This document shows, in pieces, positions 11,630 to 21,698 of a stretch of DNA of 64,000 nucleotides. The notes under the pieces were generated by a model, which was not told the origin of the DNA, did no database searches, and was given only the letters and a program-made list of their open reading frames with translations. Made by a program: the position numbers and the translations under genes. This DNA comes from Oxalobacteraceae bacterium (GTDB lineage: Bacteria; Pseudomonadota; Gammaproteobacteria; Burkholderiales; Burkholderiaceae_D): the NCBI GenBank assembly GCA_021298975.1, contig JAJTGC010000005.1:3340-67339 (forward strand), read 5' to 3'. Each line of letters starts with the position of its first letter. Within the stretch, counting starts at the first letter, position 1.

Positions 11630-12436
11630 GTGTCAACACCCATCAAAATCGCAGCGGTACAGATGGTCTCTACCCCGGAGCCAGCCGATAACATGGCGAC
11701 GGTAGAGCGGCGCGTACGTGAAGCTGCGGATGCCGGCGCCTCGCTGGTGCTGTTACCCGAGTACTGGCCGCTGCTGGGACGCACCGAACATGACAAGCTG
11801 CATCATGCAGAAACGCCCGGCCGGGGGCCGCTGCAGGACTTTATGGCGCGCATTGCACGCGACGCCGGTGTCTGGCTGCTGGGTGGCACCGTACCGTTGG
11901 TCTCGGGCGTGCCCGGCAAGGTACTCAATACCTTGCTTGCCTACGATCCCCAAGGGCAGGCATGCGCCCGCTACGACAAGATTCATTTGTTCGGCTTTTC
12001 CCGGGGTGAGGAATCTTTCGATGAATCGCGCACGATCGTGCCCGGTAACGACGTCTGCGTGCTGGAGACACCTTTTGCGCGCATCGGCCTGTCGATCTGT
12101 TACGACTTGCGATTTCCTGAACTTTACCGGGCAATGGGCGCGTGTGACCTCCTCGTCATGCCCGCGGCGTTCACTTACACCACGGGCCGCGCCCACTGGG
12201 AAGTGCTGCTGCGCGCCCGCGCCATCGAGAACCAGTGCCATGTACTGGCTGCTGCGCAGGGCGGCGTGCATCCCAATGGCCGACGTACCTGGGGCCACAG
12301 CATGCTGGTCGATCCCTGGGGCGAGATTTGCGCCTCGCTGCCCGAGGGCGAAGGCCTGGTCATGGGCGAGTTGGACCTCGGCCGACAGTCCAGCGTGCGC
12401 GAGAGTCTGCCCGCACTGGCGCATCGCACCCGCTAG
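11630..12436 (+). CDS. Carbon-nitrogen hydrolase (Nit1/deaminated glutathione amidase-like)
   Basis: Catalytic E (LLPEY), K (YDKIHLF) and C (ICYDLRFPE); ARAIENQ; GTG start after GGAG. Confidence 0.93.
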   Translation: MSTPIKIAAVQMVSTPEPADNMATVERRVREAADAGASLVLLPEYWPLLGRTEHDKLHHAETPGRGPLQDFMARIARDAGVWLLGGTVPLVSGVPGKVLNTLLAYDPQGQACARYDKIHLFGFSRGEESFDESRTIVPGNDVCVLETPFARIGLSICYDLRFPELYRAMGACDLLVMPAAFTYTTGRAHWEVLLRARAIENQCHVLAAAQGGVHPNGRRTWGHSMLVDPWGEICASLPEGEGLVMGELDLGRQSSVRESLPALAHRTR

Positions 12437-12554
12437 ATCAGCCATGCCAGCATGAACAGGCCCCATCCAGTATGATTTCAATTTGCGGCGCCTGACGATA
12501 CAGGTGCTGCATGTTCAACCGTCTCGTTTAATTACTGTCAGGCCATTCAACGCT

Positions 12555-14015
12555 ATGAAACTCATCGAACCCAATCTCCACACCCAGACCGTTGCTCGCC
12601 AAGTTCTGCTCACGCCCAATGGACTGGACGAAGGTCATTTGCTCAAGGTGCTGGGTTCGATCTTCACGCACAAGGTCGACTACGCGGATCTCTATTTTCA
12701 GTTCACCAAGAGCGAGAGCTGGAGTCTGGAGGAGGGCATCGTCAAGACAGGGAGTTTCTCGATTGATCAGGGCGTTGGCGTACGTGCCGTATCCGGCGAC
12801 AAGACCGCTTTCTCTTATTCTGATGAGATTTCCGAGCGTGCACTCCTTGAGGCCGCTGCTGCAACGCGCACGATTGGACGGCAGGGTGCAGGCAAGATCA
12901 AAGTCGCCTCGACCATCCAACCCGGCACTGCACGCTCGCTTTACCTGCCAAAAGATCCGTTCGTCTCGCTGGATGCCACCGCAAAAGTGAACTTGCTCGA
13001 GAAAATCGAAAAAATTGCGCGTGCCAAGGATCCCCGCATCGTGCAAGTCATGGCCGGTCTGGCCGGTGAGCATGACGTGGTGCTGGTGGTTCGCAGTGAT
13101 GGCGTGATCGCGGCGGACATTCGCCCGCTGGTGCGTCTCTCGCTGACCGTGATCGCCGAGCAGAACGGCCGCCGCGAAGTCGGCACGGCCGGTGGTGGTG
13201 GTCGCTATGACTTTGCTTATTTCAGCGACGCACTGCTGGAAAAATATGCCTCTGAAGCGGTGAACGCTGCGCTCGTCAATCTTGAATCACGACCAGCGCC
13301 TGCAGGTCCCATGACCGTCGTACTGGGCCCAGGCTGGCCGGGCGTCTTGCTGCATGAGGCGATAGGTCATGGCCTTGAGGGTGACTTCAACCGCAAAGGA
13401 TCCAGCGCCTTCTCCGGCCGCATCGGGCAGCGCGTCGGAGCCAAAGGCGTCACGGTCGTCGATGACGGCACCATCGCCGATCGCCGTGGGTCTCTGAATG
13501 TGGATGACGAAGGCAATCCCACCCAGTGCACCACCCTGATTGAAGATGGCATCCTCAAAGGCTACATTCAGGACACCCTGAATGCGCGCCTGATGAAAAT
13601 GCCCGCCACCGGTAACGGCCGTCGTGAATCGTATGCCCATCTGCCCATGCCGCGCATGACCAATACCTACATGCTCGGCGGCGACCGCGACCCCGAGGAA
13701 ATCCTCGCGTCAGTAAAAAATGGTCTTTATGCGGTCAATTTCGGTGGTGGGCAGGTGGACATCACCAACGGCAAGTTCGTTTTTTCAGCCAGCGAGGCCT
13801 GGATGATCGAAAACGGCAAGCTTGCCTACCCGGTCAAGGGCGCAACCCTGATCGGCAATGGTCCGGATGTACTGAATCGGGTGTCCATGATCGGCAACGA
13901 TATGCGCCTTGATTCCGGCGTTGGCGTCTGTGGCAAGGACGGTCAGAGCGTGCCGGTCGGCGTCGGTCAGCCGACTCTGCGAATCGAGGATCTCACCGTC
14001 GGAGGGACGGCCTGA
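12555..14015 (+). CDS. tldD: Metalloprotease TldD
   Basis: HEAIGHGLEGD, PMPRMTNT and CGKDGQSVPVGVGQPT motifs. Confidence 0.96.
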   Translation: MKLIEPNLHTQTVARQVLLTPNGLDEGHLLKVLGSIFTHKVDYADLYFQFTKSESWSLEEGIVKTGSFSIDQGVGVRAVSGDKTAFSYSDEISERALLEAAAATRTIGRQGAGKIKVASTIQPGTARSLYLPKDPFVSLDATAKVNLLEKIEKIARAKDPRIVQVMAGLAGEHDVVLVVRSDGVIAADIRPLVRLSLTVIAEQNGRREVGTAGGGGRYDFAYFSDALLEKYASEAVNAALVNLESRPAPAGPMTVVLGPGWPGVLLHEAIGHGLEGDFNRKGSSAFSGRIGQRVGAKGVTVVDDGTIADRRGSLNVDDEGNPTQCTTLIEDGILKGYIQDTLNARLMKMPATGNGRRESYAHLPMPRMTNTYMLGGDRDPEEILASVKNGLYAVNFGGGQVDITNGKFVFSASEAWMIENGKLAYPVKGATLIGNGPDVLNRVSMIGNDMRLDSGVGVCGKDGQSVPVGVGQPTLRIEDLTVGGTA

Positions 14016-14129
14016 TTGTTGAATTGGCAAGCTTGGAAGGCGCAGATTTATTCAGCGCCCCCCGACTTGCCAAACCGGGGGATTTATAGCACCATCCACG
14101 CTCTGGTTAACAGCGACTTACCTAAACCA

Positions 14130-14201
14130 ATGTCCCTGCTTCGCTTTTATTTTTTCTTTTACTTTAGCTATCCCAGCCCTGTGGCGGTGGAGAAGCGGTA
14201 A
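14130..14201 (+). CDS. Phe/Tyr-rich leader peptide of aroG (23 aa, MSLLRFYFFFYFSYPSPVAVEKR)
   Basis: 8 of codons 6-14 are Phe or Tyr; lies immediately upstream of a terminator and a DAHP synthase gene. Confidence 0.8.
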   Translation: MSLLRFYFFFYFSYPSPVAVEKR

Positions 14202-14240
14202 GTTCACGTAAAAGCAAAGCGAACAAAAACCGAATCTTAG

Positions 14241-14271
14241 AAACCGCCAGGCATGGCGGTTTTTTTATTTT
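14241..14271 (+). terminator. Attenuator terminator upstream of aroG
   Basis: AAACCGCCA-ggca-TGGCGGTTT followed by a T-tract; the 5' arm is also complementary to TGGCGGT (14182-14188) in the leader ORF. Confidence 0.85.
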
Positions 14272-14296
14272 GCGCGAAACATTTCTGGAGAAACCC

Positions 14297-15358
14297 ATGC
14301 CACGCACTGATGACCTGAGGATTAGAGAGTTGAAGGAACTGACCCCACCGTCGCATCTGATACGCGAATTTCCGTGCTCGGAAAAGATTGCGACTGTCAC
14401 CGCGAACTCGCGTCAGGCCTTGCATCGCATCTTGCATGGTCAGGATGACCGCATGATGGTGGTGATCGGACCTTGCTCGATTCATGACACCAAAGCAGCG
14501 ATGGAATATGCGCGCCTTCTCGTTGAGCAGCGCGATCGATTCAAAGATGATCTCGAGATCATCATGCGCGTCTATTTCGAGAAACCCCGCACCACGGTAG
14601 GCTGGAAGGGGTTGATCAATGATCCCTATCTGGACAACAGCTTTCGCATCAATGATGGCTTGCGTCTGTCACGCGAGCTGCTGATGAACATCAACGAGCT
14701 TGGCCTGCCGGCAGGTACCGAGTTTCTGGATGTGATCAGCCCGCAGTACATTGCCGATCTCATCAGCTGGGGCGCGATCGGTGCCCGAACCACCGAATCA
14801 CAGGTTCACCGTGAGCTGGCCTCCGGTTTGTCCTGCCCCGTTGGGTTCAAGAATGGCACCGATGGCAACATCAAAATCGCTGCTGATGCCATCAAGGCAG
14901 CCTCACAACCCCACCACTTCTTGTCCGTCACCAAAGGCGGTCACTCCGCCATCGTATCCACCAACGGCAATGAAGATTGCCACATCATCCTGCGCGGCGG
15001 CAAAGCACCCAACTATGATGCCGCCAGCGTCGAGGAAGCTGCCAAAGCGCTGGCCTCCAACGGGCTGTCACAGAAACTGATGATTGATTCGTCGCACGCG
15101 AACAGCTCGAAGAAGCCGGAGAATCAGGTGCCGGTTTGTGCCGACATCGCCGCTCAGGTGGCCGCAGGTGACGACCGCATTATCGGTGTCATGGTCGAGT
15201 CCCACTTGGTGGCAGGCCGTCAGGATCTGGTGCAGGGCAAGGAGCTCACCTATGGTCAGTCCATTACCGATGGTTGCATTGACTGGGAGAGTAGTCTCAC
15301 GGTGCTTGAGGGTTTGGCGGCAGCGGTGCGGCAGCGTCGTCTCGCGAAGACGGATTGA
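14297..15358 (+). CDS. aroG: 3-deoxy-7-phosphoheptulonate (DAHP) synthase, class I alpha
   Basis: GPCSIHD, YFEKPRTTVGWKGL, IGARTTESQVHRE and GFKNGTDG motifs; GGAG RBS before ATG 14297. Confidence 0.96.
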   Translation: MPRTDDLRIRELKELTPPSHLIREFPCSEKIATVTANSRQALHRILHGQDDRMMVVIGPCSIHDTKAAMEYARLLVEQRDRFKDDLEIIMRVYFEKPRTTVGWKGLINDPYLDNSFRINDGLRLSRELLMNINELGLPAGTEFLDVISPQYIADLISWGAIGARTTESQVHRELASGLSCPVGFKNGTDGNIKIAADAIKAASQPHHFLSVTKGGHSAIVSTNGNEDCHIILRGGKAPNYDAASVEEAAKALASNGLSQKLMIDSSHANSSKKPENQVPVCADIAAQVAAGDDRIIGVMVESHLVAGRQDLVQGKELTYGQSITDGCIDWESSLTVLEGLAAAVRQRRLAKTD

Positions 15359-15390
15359 GCTTTGGTGAACTCAAGCGACTTGCGCACTGA

Positions 15391-15855
15391 CAGCGTTGTC
15401 ATGGAACACGGCGCAGGCCTAACGCTCGTCAGTTAAGCTGGAATTTTTTGAAGTTGGAACGTTACTGGATCCCGGCGCAGGCCCACTACGGTCCGGGCCA
15501 TCTGCCCTGAAACGAATGCCTTCTTGTCAGTCTCTTACCGTTAACGATCATGGACCCCAGCTTTCGCTGGGGTGACGATTTTTAGGCGGATGGTCTTCAA
15601 TTCCATCGCACCAGCGAAAGCTGGGGTTCATGATCAATCCGTCGAAAATCCAGCCAAGCGAGAAGACTTAAATGCTCGCAAAAATCCTGTGCAATCTCGC
15701 CAGAAAAACGGGTCATCCGTGTTCAGTGGTACATGACTTCAAATGTGCCGGACAGTAGTGGGCGCAGGCCGGGGTCCAGTGTCTTTCGCTGTACCCAAGC
15801 AGCTTAAACCCTTCACTGGCCGCCGTTGGGCGCAGGCCGGGATCCAGCGTCGTTG
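15391..15855. repeat. Cluster of six REP-like palindromes arranged as nested inverted repeats
   Basis: Pairs 15391-15440/15800-15855, 15464-15504/15740-15780 and 15546-15579/15605-15635 are imperfect reverse complements of each other; core CTGGA(T/C)CCCGGC..GCC. Confidence 0.8.
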
Positions 15856-15863
15856 GTCTCGCC

Positions 15864-16349
15864 TCAGTCCCGAAAATTATTGAATTCCAGCGGCAAATCC
15901 GTCACATCTTTTCTCAGCATCGCCATCGTTGCCTGCAAATCATCGCGCTTGGCACCCGTCACTCGCAATGAATCGCCCTGAATGCTCGCCTGCACCTTGA
16001 TCTTGCTGTCCTTGATCAGGCGCTGAATCTTTTTGGCGTCCTCAGTCTCAATACCTTTTTTCACACGGATGACCTGCTTGACCTTGTCGCCGCCGATTTT
16101 TTCGACCTTGCCGATATCCAGAAAACGCACGTCCACATTGCGCTTGGCCATTTTGCCGGTCAGCACATCCCTGACCTGACTGAGCTGAAAATCGCTGTCG
16201 GCATAAGCCGTCAGTTCGAGCTCTTTCTGCTCGACCCGCGCGTCACTGCCCTTGAAATCAAAGCGTGTGCCGATCTCCTTGTTGGCCTGCTCGACGGCAT
16301 TCTTGACTTCGACTTGATTTGCTTCGGATACAACGTCAAACGATGGCAT
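15864..16349 (-). CDS. yajQ: YajQ family nucleotide (c-di-GMP)-binding protein
   Basis: MPSFDVVSE start, [15 protein letters not shown] and C-terminal NFRD; 161 aa; AGGAGG RBS. Confidence 0.96.
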   Translation of the reverse strand: MPSFDVVSEANQVEVKNAVEQANKEIGTRFDFKGSDARVEQKELELTAYADSDFQLSQVRDVLTGKMAKRNVDVRFLDIGKVEKIGGDKVKQVIRVKKGIETEDAKKIQRLIKDSKIKVQASIQGDSLRVTGAKRDDLQATMAMLRKDVTDLPLEFNNFRD

Positions 16350-16432
16350 GCTGGTTTCCTCCTGAAACGGGTATGGCGCAGATTCTAGCGGAAAAAATTC
16401 GGCTAGCCCGTGGCCGGTATAATCCGGCGCTG

Positions 16433-17461
16433 ATGAAGCCCGCACTCACCCTCCTGCATGATGTCTCTTTGCGCGAACTCAATACCTTCGGTATCGATGC
16501 GCATGCTCGCACCTTTGTCAGCGTCAAAACCGTCGGAGATCTGGCAGCGATTGCCGCGGATTCCCAACTGTCCGTCCTGCCGCGCCTGATTCTGGGCGGT
16601 GGCAGCAATCTGCTGCTGACCAAAGATGTGGCCGGGCTGGTACTGCACATGGTGAATACCGGTCGCAGCGTAGTCGCGGAATCGGAACAGCAGGTGATCG
16701 TACGTGCTGAAGCAGGAGAGAACTGGCATGACTTCGTCCAGTGGACCTTGTCGCAAGGTTTGCCCGGACTGGAAAATTTATCGCTGATCCCCGGTAGCGT
16801 GGGCGCGGCACCCATGCAGAACATCGGTGCCTACGGCAGCGAACTCGCCGAATTTTTTCATTCGTTGACACTGTTTGATTTCGTCACCCGCGAGACCAGG
16901 GTACTCAGCCGCGCCGACTGTCATTTCGGCTATCGTGACAGTATCTTCAAGCATGGATTGCGCGACAGGGCCGTGATCATCAATGTCAGCTTTGCGTTGC
17001 CGCGCCAATGGCATCCCAATCTGCGCTATGCAGAGCTGGCCACTGAGCTGGCTGCACGGAATGTGTCAGACCCGACGGCACAAGACATTGCCGATGCCGT
17101 CATCGCCATTCGCCGCCGCAAGCTGCCGGATCCTGCACAGATAGGCAATGCGGGCAGTTTTTTCAAAAATCCCGTCGTGAGCGCGGAACACCATGCGCAA
17201 CTGCTGGCAAAGTATCCCCAGCTGGTGAGTTATGCCCAGCCCGATGGCAGCATCAAACTGGCAGCAGGCTGGATGATTGATCAGTGTGGCTGGAAGGGTA
17301 GGTCGCTGGGCGCAGCCGGCGTGCATGAAAAACAGGCGCTGGTGCTCGTGAACCGGGGCGGTGTTGCGGGTGCGGCGGTGCTCGCGCTGGCAGAAAAAAT
17401 TGCAGACGATGTTCAGGCCCGCTTTGGCGTGTCGCTGGAAACCGAGCCCGTTATTGTTTGA
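16433..17461 (+). CDS. murB: UDP-N-acetylenolpyruvoylglucosamine reductase
   Basis: [48 protein letters not shown]. Confidence 0.96.
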   Translation: MKPALTLLHDVSLRELNTFGIDAHARTFVSVKTVGDLAAIAADSQLSVLPRLILGGGSNLLLTKDVAGLVLHMVNTGRSVVAESEQQVIVRAEAGENWHDFVQWTLSQGLPGLENLSLIPGSVGAAPMQNIGAYGSELAEFFHSLTLFDFVTRETRVLSRADCHFGYRDSIFKHGLRDRAVIINVSFALPRQWHPNLRYAELATELAARNVSDPTAQDIADAVIAIRRRKLPDPAQIGNAGSFFKNPVVSAEHHAQLLAKYPQLVSYAQPDGSIKLAAGWMIDQCGWKGRSLGAAGVHEKQALVLVNRGGVAGAAVLALAEKIADDVQARFGVSLETEPVIV

Positions 17462-17725
17462 AGCAGCTGGATTCCTGATCCATCGCGGTGTGCAATTTCA
17501 CTGAAAAAATGAAGGCTACGAGAATGTCGAGCAGTTCCTGCCCATCTTGCAGCAGAAAAAGCGTAAGAACATTCACTCAGTAAAAATTATTTCTCCCCGG
17601 CCAAGCTGAAACGGAAAGCAGGTGGTAAGCAAAGGAGCGGCGGGTCAATTCGTCGAGCAGGGTATTGAAATTGAACAGTTAATCAATGGTGCTGTAAGGC
17701 TTGAGCCCGTCGTCGATCGACAAGA

Positions 17726-19498
17726 TCAAGCCATCATCAAGTCAGATCCCGCACCTTGGGCCTGCAGCCGCCACATTTCTGCAAACGCTCCGTTGCCCGA
17801 CGCCAGTACGCCCGGTGCACCGTCTTCGATGATACGGCCATCACGAAACACCAGAATCCGGTCCATTTCCACCAAGGTCGACAAGCGGTGAGCAATCACG
17901 ATCGTGGTGCGGGTATCCATCAATGCATGCAGCGCTTGCTGGATTTGGTACTCGGTATGGGTGTCGAGAGCCGACGTTGCTTCGTCCAGTATCAGGATCG
18001 GTGCGTCTTTCAAGATGGCGCGCGCAATCGAGATCCGTTGGCGTTGGCCGCCTGATAATTTGACGCCACGGTCGCCCACCAAAGTCTGATATTGATCGGG
18101 CAGCGTTTCGATGAATTCGTCGCAACAGGCCAGGCGCGCCGCAGCGATGACTTCATCGTCGGTAGCGTCGAGGCGTCCGTAACGGATGTTTTCCATCAAG
18201 CTGCGATGGAACAGACTGGTGTCTTGCGCGATCATGGCGATGGCGCTGCGTAAGGTATCTTGAGTAACCTTAGCAATATCTTGGCCGTCGATCAGGATGC
18301 GGCCGCCATCGAGATCGAAATGACGAAGGATCAGATTGACGAAGGTACTCTTGCCACTGCCGGATGCGCCGACCAGGCCGACTTTTTGTCCTGCTTCGAT
18401 GATGACAGACTTGTCTTCGAAAATCGGGCGGTCCGGCTGGAACAAAAATTTCACATCCTCGAACTCAATACGCCCGCCTTTCAAGCACAGCGGCGCCGCA
18501 GTGGGTGTATCCACCACATCGTGCGGTGCTGCGATGACGGACAATCCTTGTTCGCATTTGCCCCAGGCTTCGGTGGAGCTGACAAATTGGTCTGCCATGT
18601 ACCAAATGATCTGGAAGCTGGTGACGGCAACACTCATCAGCATTGCAAAATCACCGACAGTAAGGGAGCCGGTCTGAAACAAGTAAACCGCTGTGACTAG
18701 CAACACGCAAACAAAGGCGATCATCAGAGCGTCCTGAACAATCCGCATTTTCAGGACTATCCAGTGCAGCGCGCGCAGATCCTTGACGTTGGTATCCACC
18801 ATCTGCCCCAAGTGCGCTTGTTCATGAGCATGGCGAGCGAACAAGCGTACGTTTCCGATGTTGCCCATGCTGTCAACCACCCGCCCTACGAGCAGTGAAT
18901 TATGCTGCGAGTACGCGAATGAGCGCTGACTAATGTTGCCAAGGTAGCGCAGTGACAGGCCAACAAAACAGCTTCCCCAAACGAGCAGGATAACAGCGAA
19001 TGCAGGGTGTACAAGGTACATTGTCAGCAGTGCAAACACCAGGCTCACGCAGCAGGCAAGGGCATCATCAAGTCGTTCCAGAATGGTAGTACCACCGTCG
19101 GCAACGTCGAACAATTTGTTGGACAGATCGCCTGCAAAATTGTTTTGGAACATGCGAGTCGAATGCCGCTTCAGGTGCTTGAACAATTGCAGGATGATGG
19201 TCTGGCGAACGGCGGGAAGCAGCCGCATCCTGATCCAGTCGTGGAATCGACAATTGATAGAGGCCACCACCCACGACAGCACGTAGAACGTCCCTGGCAC
19301 AAGAACAGCGGCGGTTGCTGACGGACCAATGGGCGCTGAAGCAATCGCATCAATGATGATCTTGAGACAGTAGGGCCCCAGCAGGTTGAGAAATAGCGCA
19401 TCGATGATGCCGGTGCAAACGGCGATTGAGACGGTTATTTTTTGGGTGCTGGCGCAGTCCCACAGGAACTGGCGCAAATTGGCCGGTATCGGTGTCAT
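17726..19498 (-). CDS. Fused permease/ATPase ABC exporter (MsbA/Atm1-like half transporter)
   Basis: N-terminal TM domain; Walker A GASGSGKST, signature LSGGQRQR, Walker B ILILDEATSALD, H-loop IAHRLST; start uncertain. Confidence 0.92.
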   Translation of the reverse strand: MTPIPANLRQFLWDCASTQKITVSIAVCTGIIDALFLNLLGPYCLKIIIDAIASAPIGPSATAAVLVPGTFYVLSWVVASINCRFHDWIRMRLLPAVRQTIILQLFKHLKRHSTRMFQNNFAGDLSNKLFDVADGGTTILERLDDALACCVSLVFALLTMYLVHPAFAVILLVWGSCFVGLSLRYLGNISQRSFAYSQHNSLLVGRVVDSMGNIGNVRLFARHAHEQAHLGQMVDTNVKDLRALHWIVLKMRIVQDALMIAFVCVLLVTAVYLFQTGSLTVGDFAMLMSVAVTSFQIIWYMADQFVSSTEAWGKCEQGLSVIAAPHDVVDTPTAAPLCLKGGRIEFEDVKFLFQPDRPIFEDKSVIIEAGQKVGLVGASGSGKSTFVNLILRHFDLDGGRILIDGQDIAKVTQDTLRSAIAMIAQDTSLFHRSLMENIRYGRLDATDDEVIAAARLACCDEFIETLPDQYQTLVGDRGVKLSGGQRQRISIARAILKDAPILILDEATSALDTHTEYQIQQALHALMDTRTTIVIAHRLSTLVEMDRILVFRDGRIIEDGAPGVLASGNGAFAEMWRLQAQGAGSDLMMA

Positions 19499-19931
19499 GA
19501 TGTTTTCTGTTGGGAGTGAGCAGGCCAGCCGAACGACCCGCGAAGGCGAGATTTGTACCGGACGGACGAGAATGGTTCCGCCAACGGGCATGACGGTGGC
19601 AAGAAGACACTGGTTTAGGTGGCGGGCGCTGGCTAGGTAGCGCCCTTGCATGGCAGTCGGGGTTGGCCGGTCGAGACAGTTGGTTGGGCTGAGGTTTAGC
19701 TGGCTTGAATGCTCAATTAGCCTTACGAGGCAGGGCAGTCGCGCGAATACAGGTTGGTCAAGGTTTGATACTGAATTCCAATTTCTTTAGTAATGGCTCT
19801 GAAATAGCCCCCAGCGTTCTCATCGAGTCGGATGGTGATGAATTTTTTTGAAATGAAGTTGCGTAGCTCTCGCCCGTTTTTTCGTTCTAATGAAAGGCTC
19901 GTAAAAATAGAAAAAACCTTGGCAAATACCC

Positions 19932-19962
19932 AAAAAAATACCTCGCATTAGCGAGGTATTTT
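19932..19962 (-). terminator. Intrinsic terminator downstream of ppnP
   Basis: AAAATACCTCGC-atta-GCGAGGTATTTT perfect hairpin with a T7 tract on the minus strand. Confidence 0.85.
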
Positions 19963-19979
19963 CAGGTGTTTCCGATGTA

Positions 19980-20294
19980 TCAGCCGAAGTGGCAAACGTA
20001 ATCCACTGCTTCGGTAGCCTCAATTTCAAAGCTCGAATTACCCGGTACATTAAAGCTCTGGCCCGCCGCATAAGTGGTCCAGTCTGCTTCACCCTTGATA
20101 CGCGCACGGCAGCTACCTGCGGTGATTTCCATGATCTCAGGCACACCGGTATTGAATACCAGTGATGAGGGCAGGATCACGCCCACTGATTTTTTGGTGC
20201 CATCAGCGAGCATGACGGTGTGCGATACGCATTTGCCGTCGAAGAAGACGTTGGATTTCTTGATGACAGAGACGTTGTCGAATTGCTTGCTCAT
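19980..20294 (-). CDS. ppnP: Pyrimidine/purine nucleoside phosphorylase (DUF1255/YaiE)
   Basis: 104 aa; [17 protein letters not shown] and [10 protein letters not shown] pattern; directly downstream of argG. Confidence 0.9.
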   Translation of the reverse strand: MSKQFDNVSVIKKSNVFFDGKCVSHTVMLADGTKKSVGVILPSSLVFNTGVPEIMEITAGSCRARIKGEADWTTYAAGQSFNVPGNSSFEIEATEAVDYVCHFG

Positions 20295-20327
20295 ATGATT
20301 TCTTCCTTCGGGGTCAATTCAGAGGGC

Positions 20328-20407
20328 GTCATGCCGGCAAAGGCCGGTATCCAGTGGCTTTGCATTGTTTACGAAAGATGCTGGACCCCGACCTTCGCCG
20401 GGGTGAC
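20328..20407. repeat. Inverted REP doublet between argG and ppnP
   Basis: GTCATGCCGGCAAAGGCCGGTATCCAG (20328-20354) and CTGGACCCCGACCTTCGCCGGGGTGAC (20381-20407); same family as the 15.4-15.9 kb repeats. Confidence 0.85.
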
Positions 20408-20435
20408 ATTTTTAGGTTATCTAGCCAAAAACAAA

Positions 20436-21668
20436 TTATTTGCCACGCTTGATTTTCGCATTCGCCGCAATCCGCATACGCAGTGCGTTGAGTTTGATGA
20501 AGCCACCGGCATCAGCCTGATTGTAGGCGCCGCCATCTTCATCAAACGTCGCGATGTTCATGTCAAACAGCGAATCAGTTTTCGAATCGCGCGAGACGAT
20601 AATCACGTTACCCTTGTAGAGCTTGGCGCGGACCCAGCCATTCACACTCTTTTGTGTATGGTCGATCAGTGTCTGAATGGCGACGCGCTCTGGCGACCAC
20701 CAGTAGCCGTTATAGATCAGTGAGGCATAACGCGGCATCAGATCATCTTTCAGGTGCGCCACTTCACGATCCAGCGTGATCGATTCAATCGCACGGTGTG
20801 CGCGCAGCATGATGGTGCCGCCGGGCGTTTCATAACAGCCGCGCGACTTCATGCCCACGTAGCGGTTCTCCACCAGATCAAGACGGCCGATACCGTGCTT
20901 GCCACCCAGACGATTCAGCTCGGTCAGTACTGCCGCCGGCGAGAGTCGCTTGCCATTCAGGCCAACGATATCGCCGTGCTCGAACTCGATATCCAGATAC
21001 TCGGCTGCATCCGGTGCTGCTTCAGGACTGACCGTCCAGCGCCACATCGATTCCTCCGCTTCGGCACTTGGGTTCTCCAGATGGCGACCCTCAAAGCTGA
21101 TGTGCAGCAGATTGGCATCCATTGAATACGGCGCGCCACCGTTCTTGTGCTTCATGTCGATGTCGATGCCGGCATCTTCTGCGTACTTCAGCAGCTTCTC
21201 GCGCGAGAGCAAATCCCATTCGCGCCATGGCGCAATGATTTTCACATTCGGCATCAGTGCATAGGCGCCGAGTTCGAAACGCACCTGATCATTACCCTTG
21301 CCGGTCGCGCCATGCGAGATCGCATCGGCGCCGGTTTCGCGCGCGATCTCGATCAGACGCTTGGCAATTAATGGCCGTGCAATCGAGGTACCCAGCAGAT
21401 ACTCGCCCTCATAGACGGTATTGGCGCGGAACATCGGAAACACGAAATCACGAACGAATTCTTCACGTACATCATCAATGAAAATATTTTCCGGCTTGAT
21501 GCCGAATTTGATCGCCTTGGCGCGCGCTGGCTCCAGCTCTTCACCCTGACCAAGGTCAGCCGTAAAGGTGACGATTTCGCAGTGATAGTGGTCTTGCAGC
21601 CATTTCAAAATAACCGAGGTGTCCAATCCGCCGGAATAGGCGAGGACGACTTTATTGATGTCGCTCAT
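20436..21668 (-). CDS. argG: Argininosuccinate synthase
   Basis: [36 protein letters not shown]. Confidence 0.98.
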   Translation of the reverse strand: MSDINKVVLAYSGGLDTSVILKWLQDHYHCEIVTFTADLGQGEELEPARAKAIKFGIKPENIFIDDVREEFVRDFVFPMFRANTVYEGEYLLGTSIARPLIAKRLIEIARETGADAISHGATGKGNDQVRFELGAYALMPNVKIIAPWREWDLLSREKLLKYAEDAGIDIDMKHKNGGAPYSMDANLLHISFEGRHLENPSAEAEESMWRWTVSPEAAPDAAEYLDIEFEHGDIVGLNGKRLSPAAVLTELNRLGGKHGIGRLDLVENRYVGMKSRGCYETPGGTIMLRAHRAIESITLDREVAHLKDDLMPRYASLIYNGYWWSPERVAIQTLIDHTQKSVNGWVRAKLYKGNVIIVSRDSKTDSLFDMNIATFDEDGGAYNQADAGGFIKLNALRMRIAANAKIKRGK

Positions 21669-21698
21669 GTGCTTGATTTCCCTGATGTCAGTAACGAA

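Noticed and set aside
15391-15855. Possible CRISPR array
   Set aside because: Units are inverted, degenerate and irregularly spaced, and there are no cas genes; fits REP-type repeats
17466-17480. CTGGATTCC after murB (and CTGGATCCC at ~30680) as REP half-sites marking insertion points
   Set aside because: Too short and lacking the palindromic core
19499-19800. Long leader upstream of the ABC exporter as a possible riboswitch
   Set aside because: No recognisable cobalamin, TPP, FMN, SAM or c-di-GMP consensus on the minus strand
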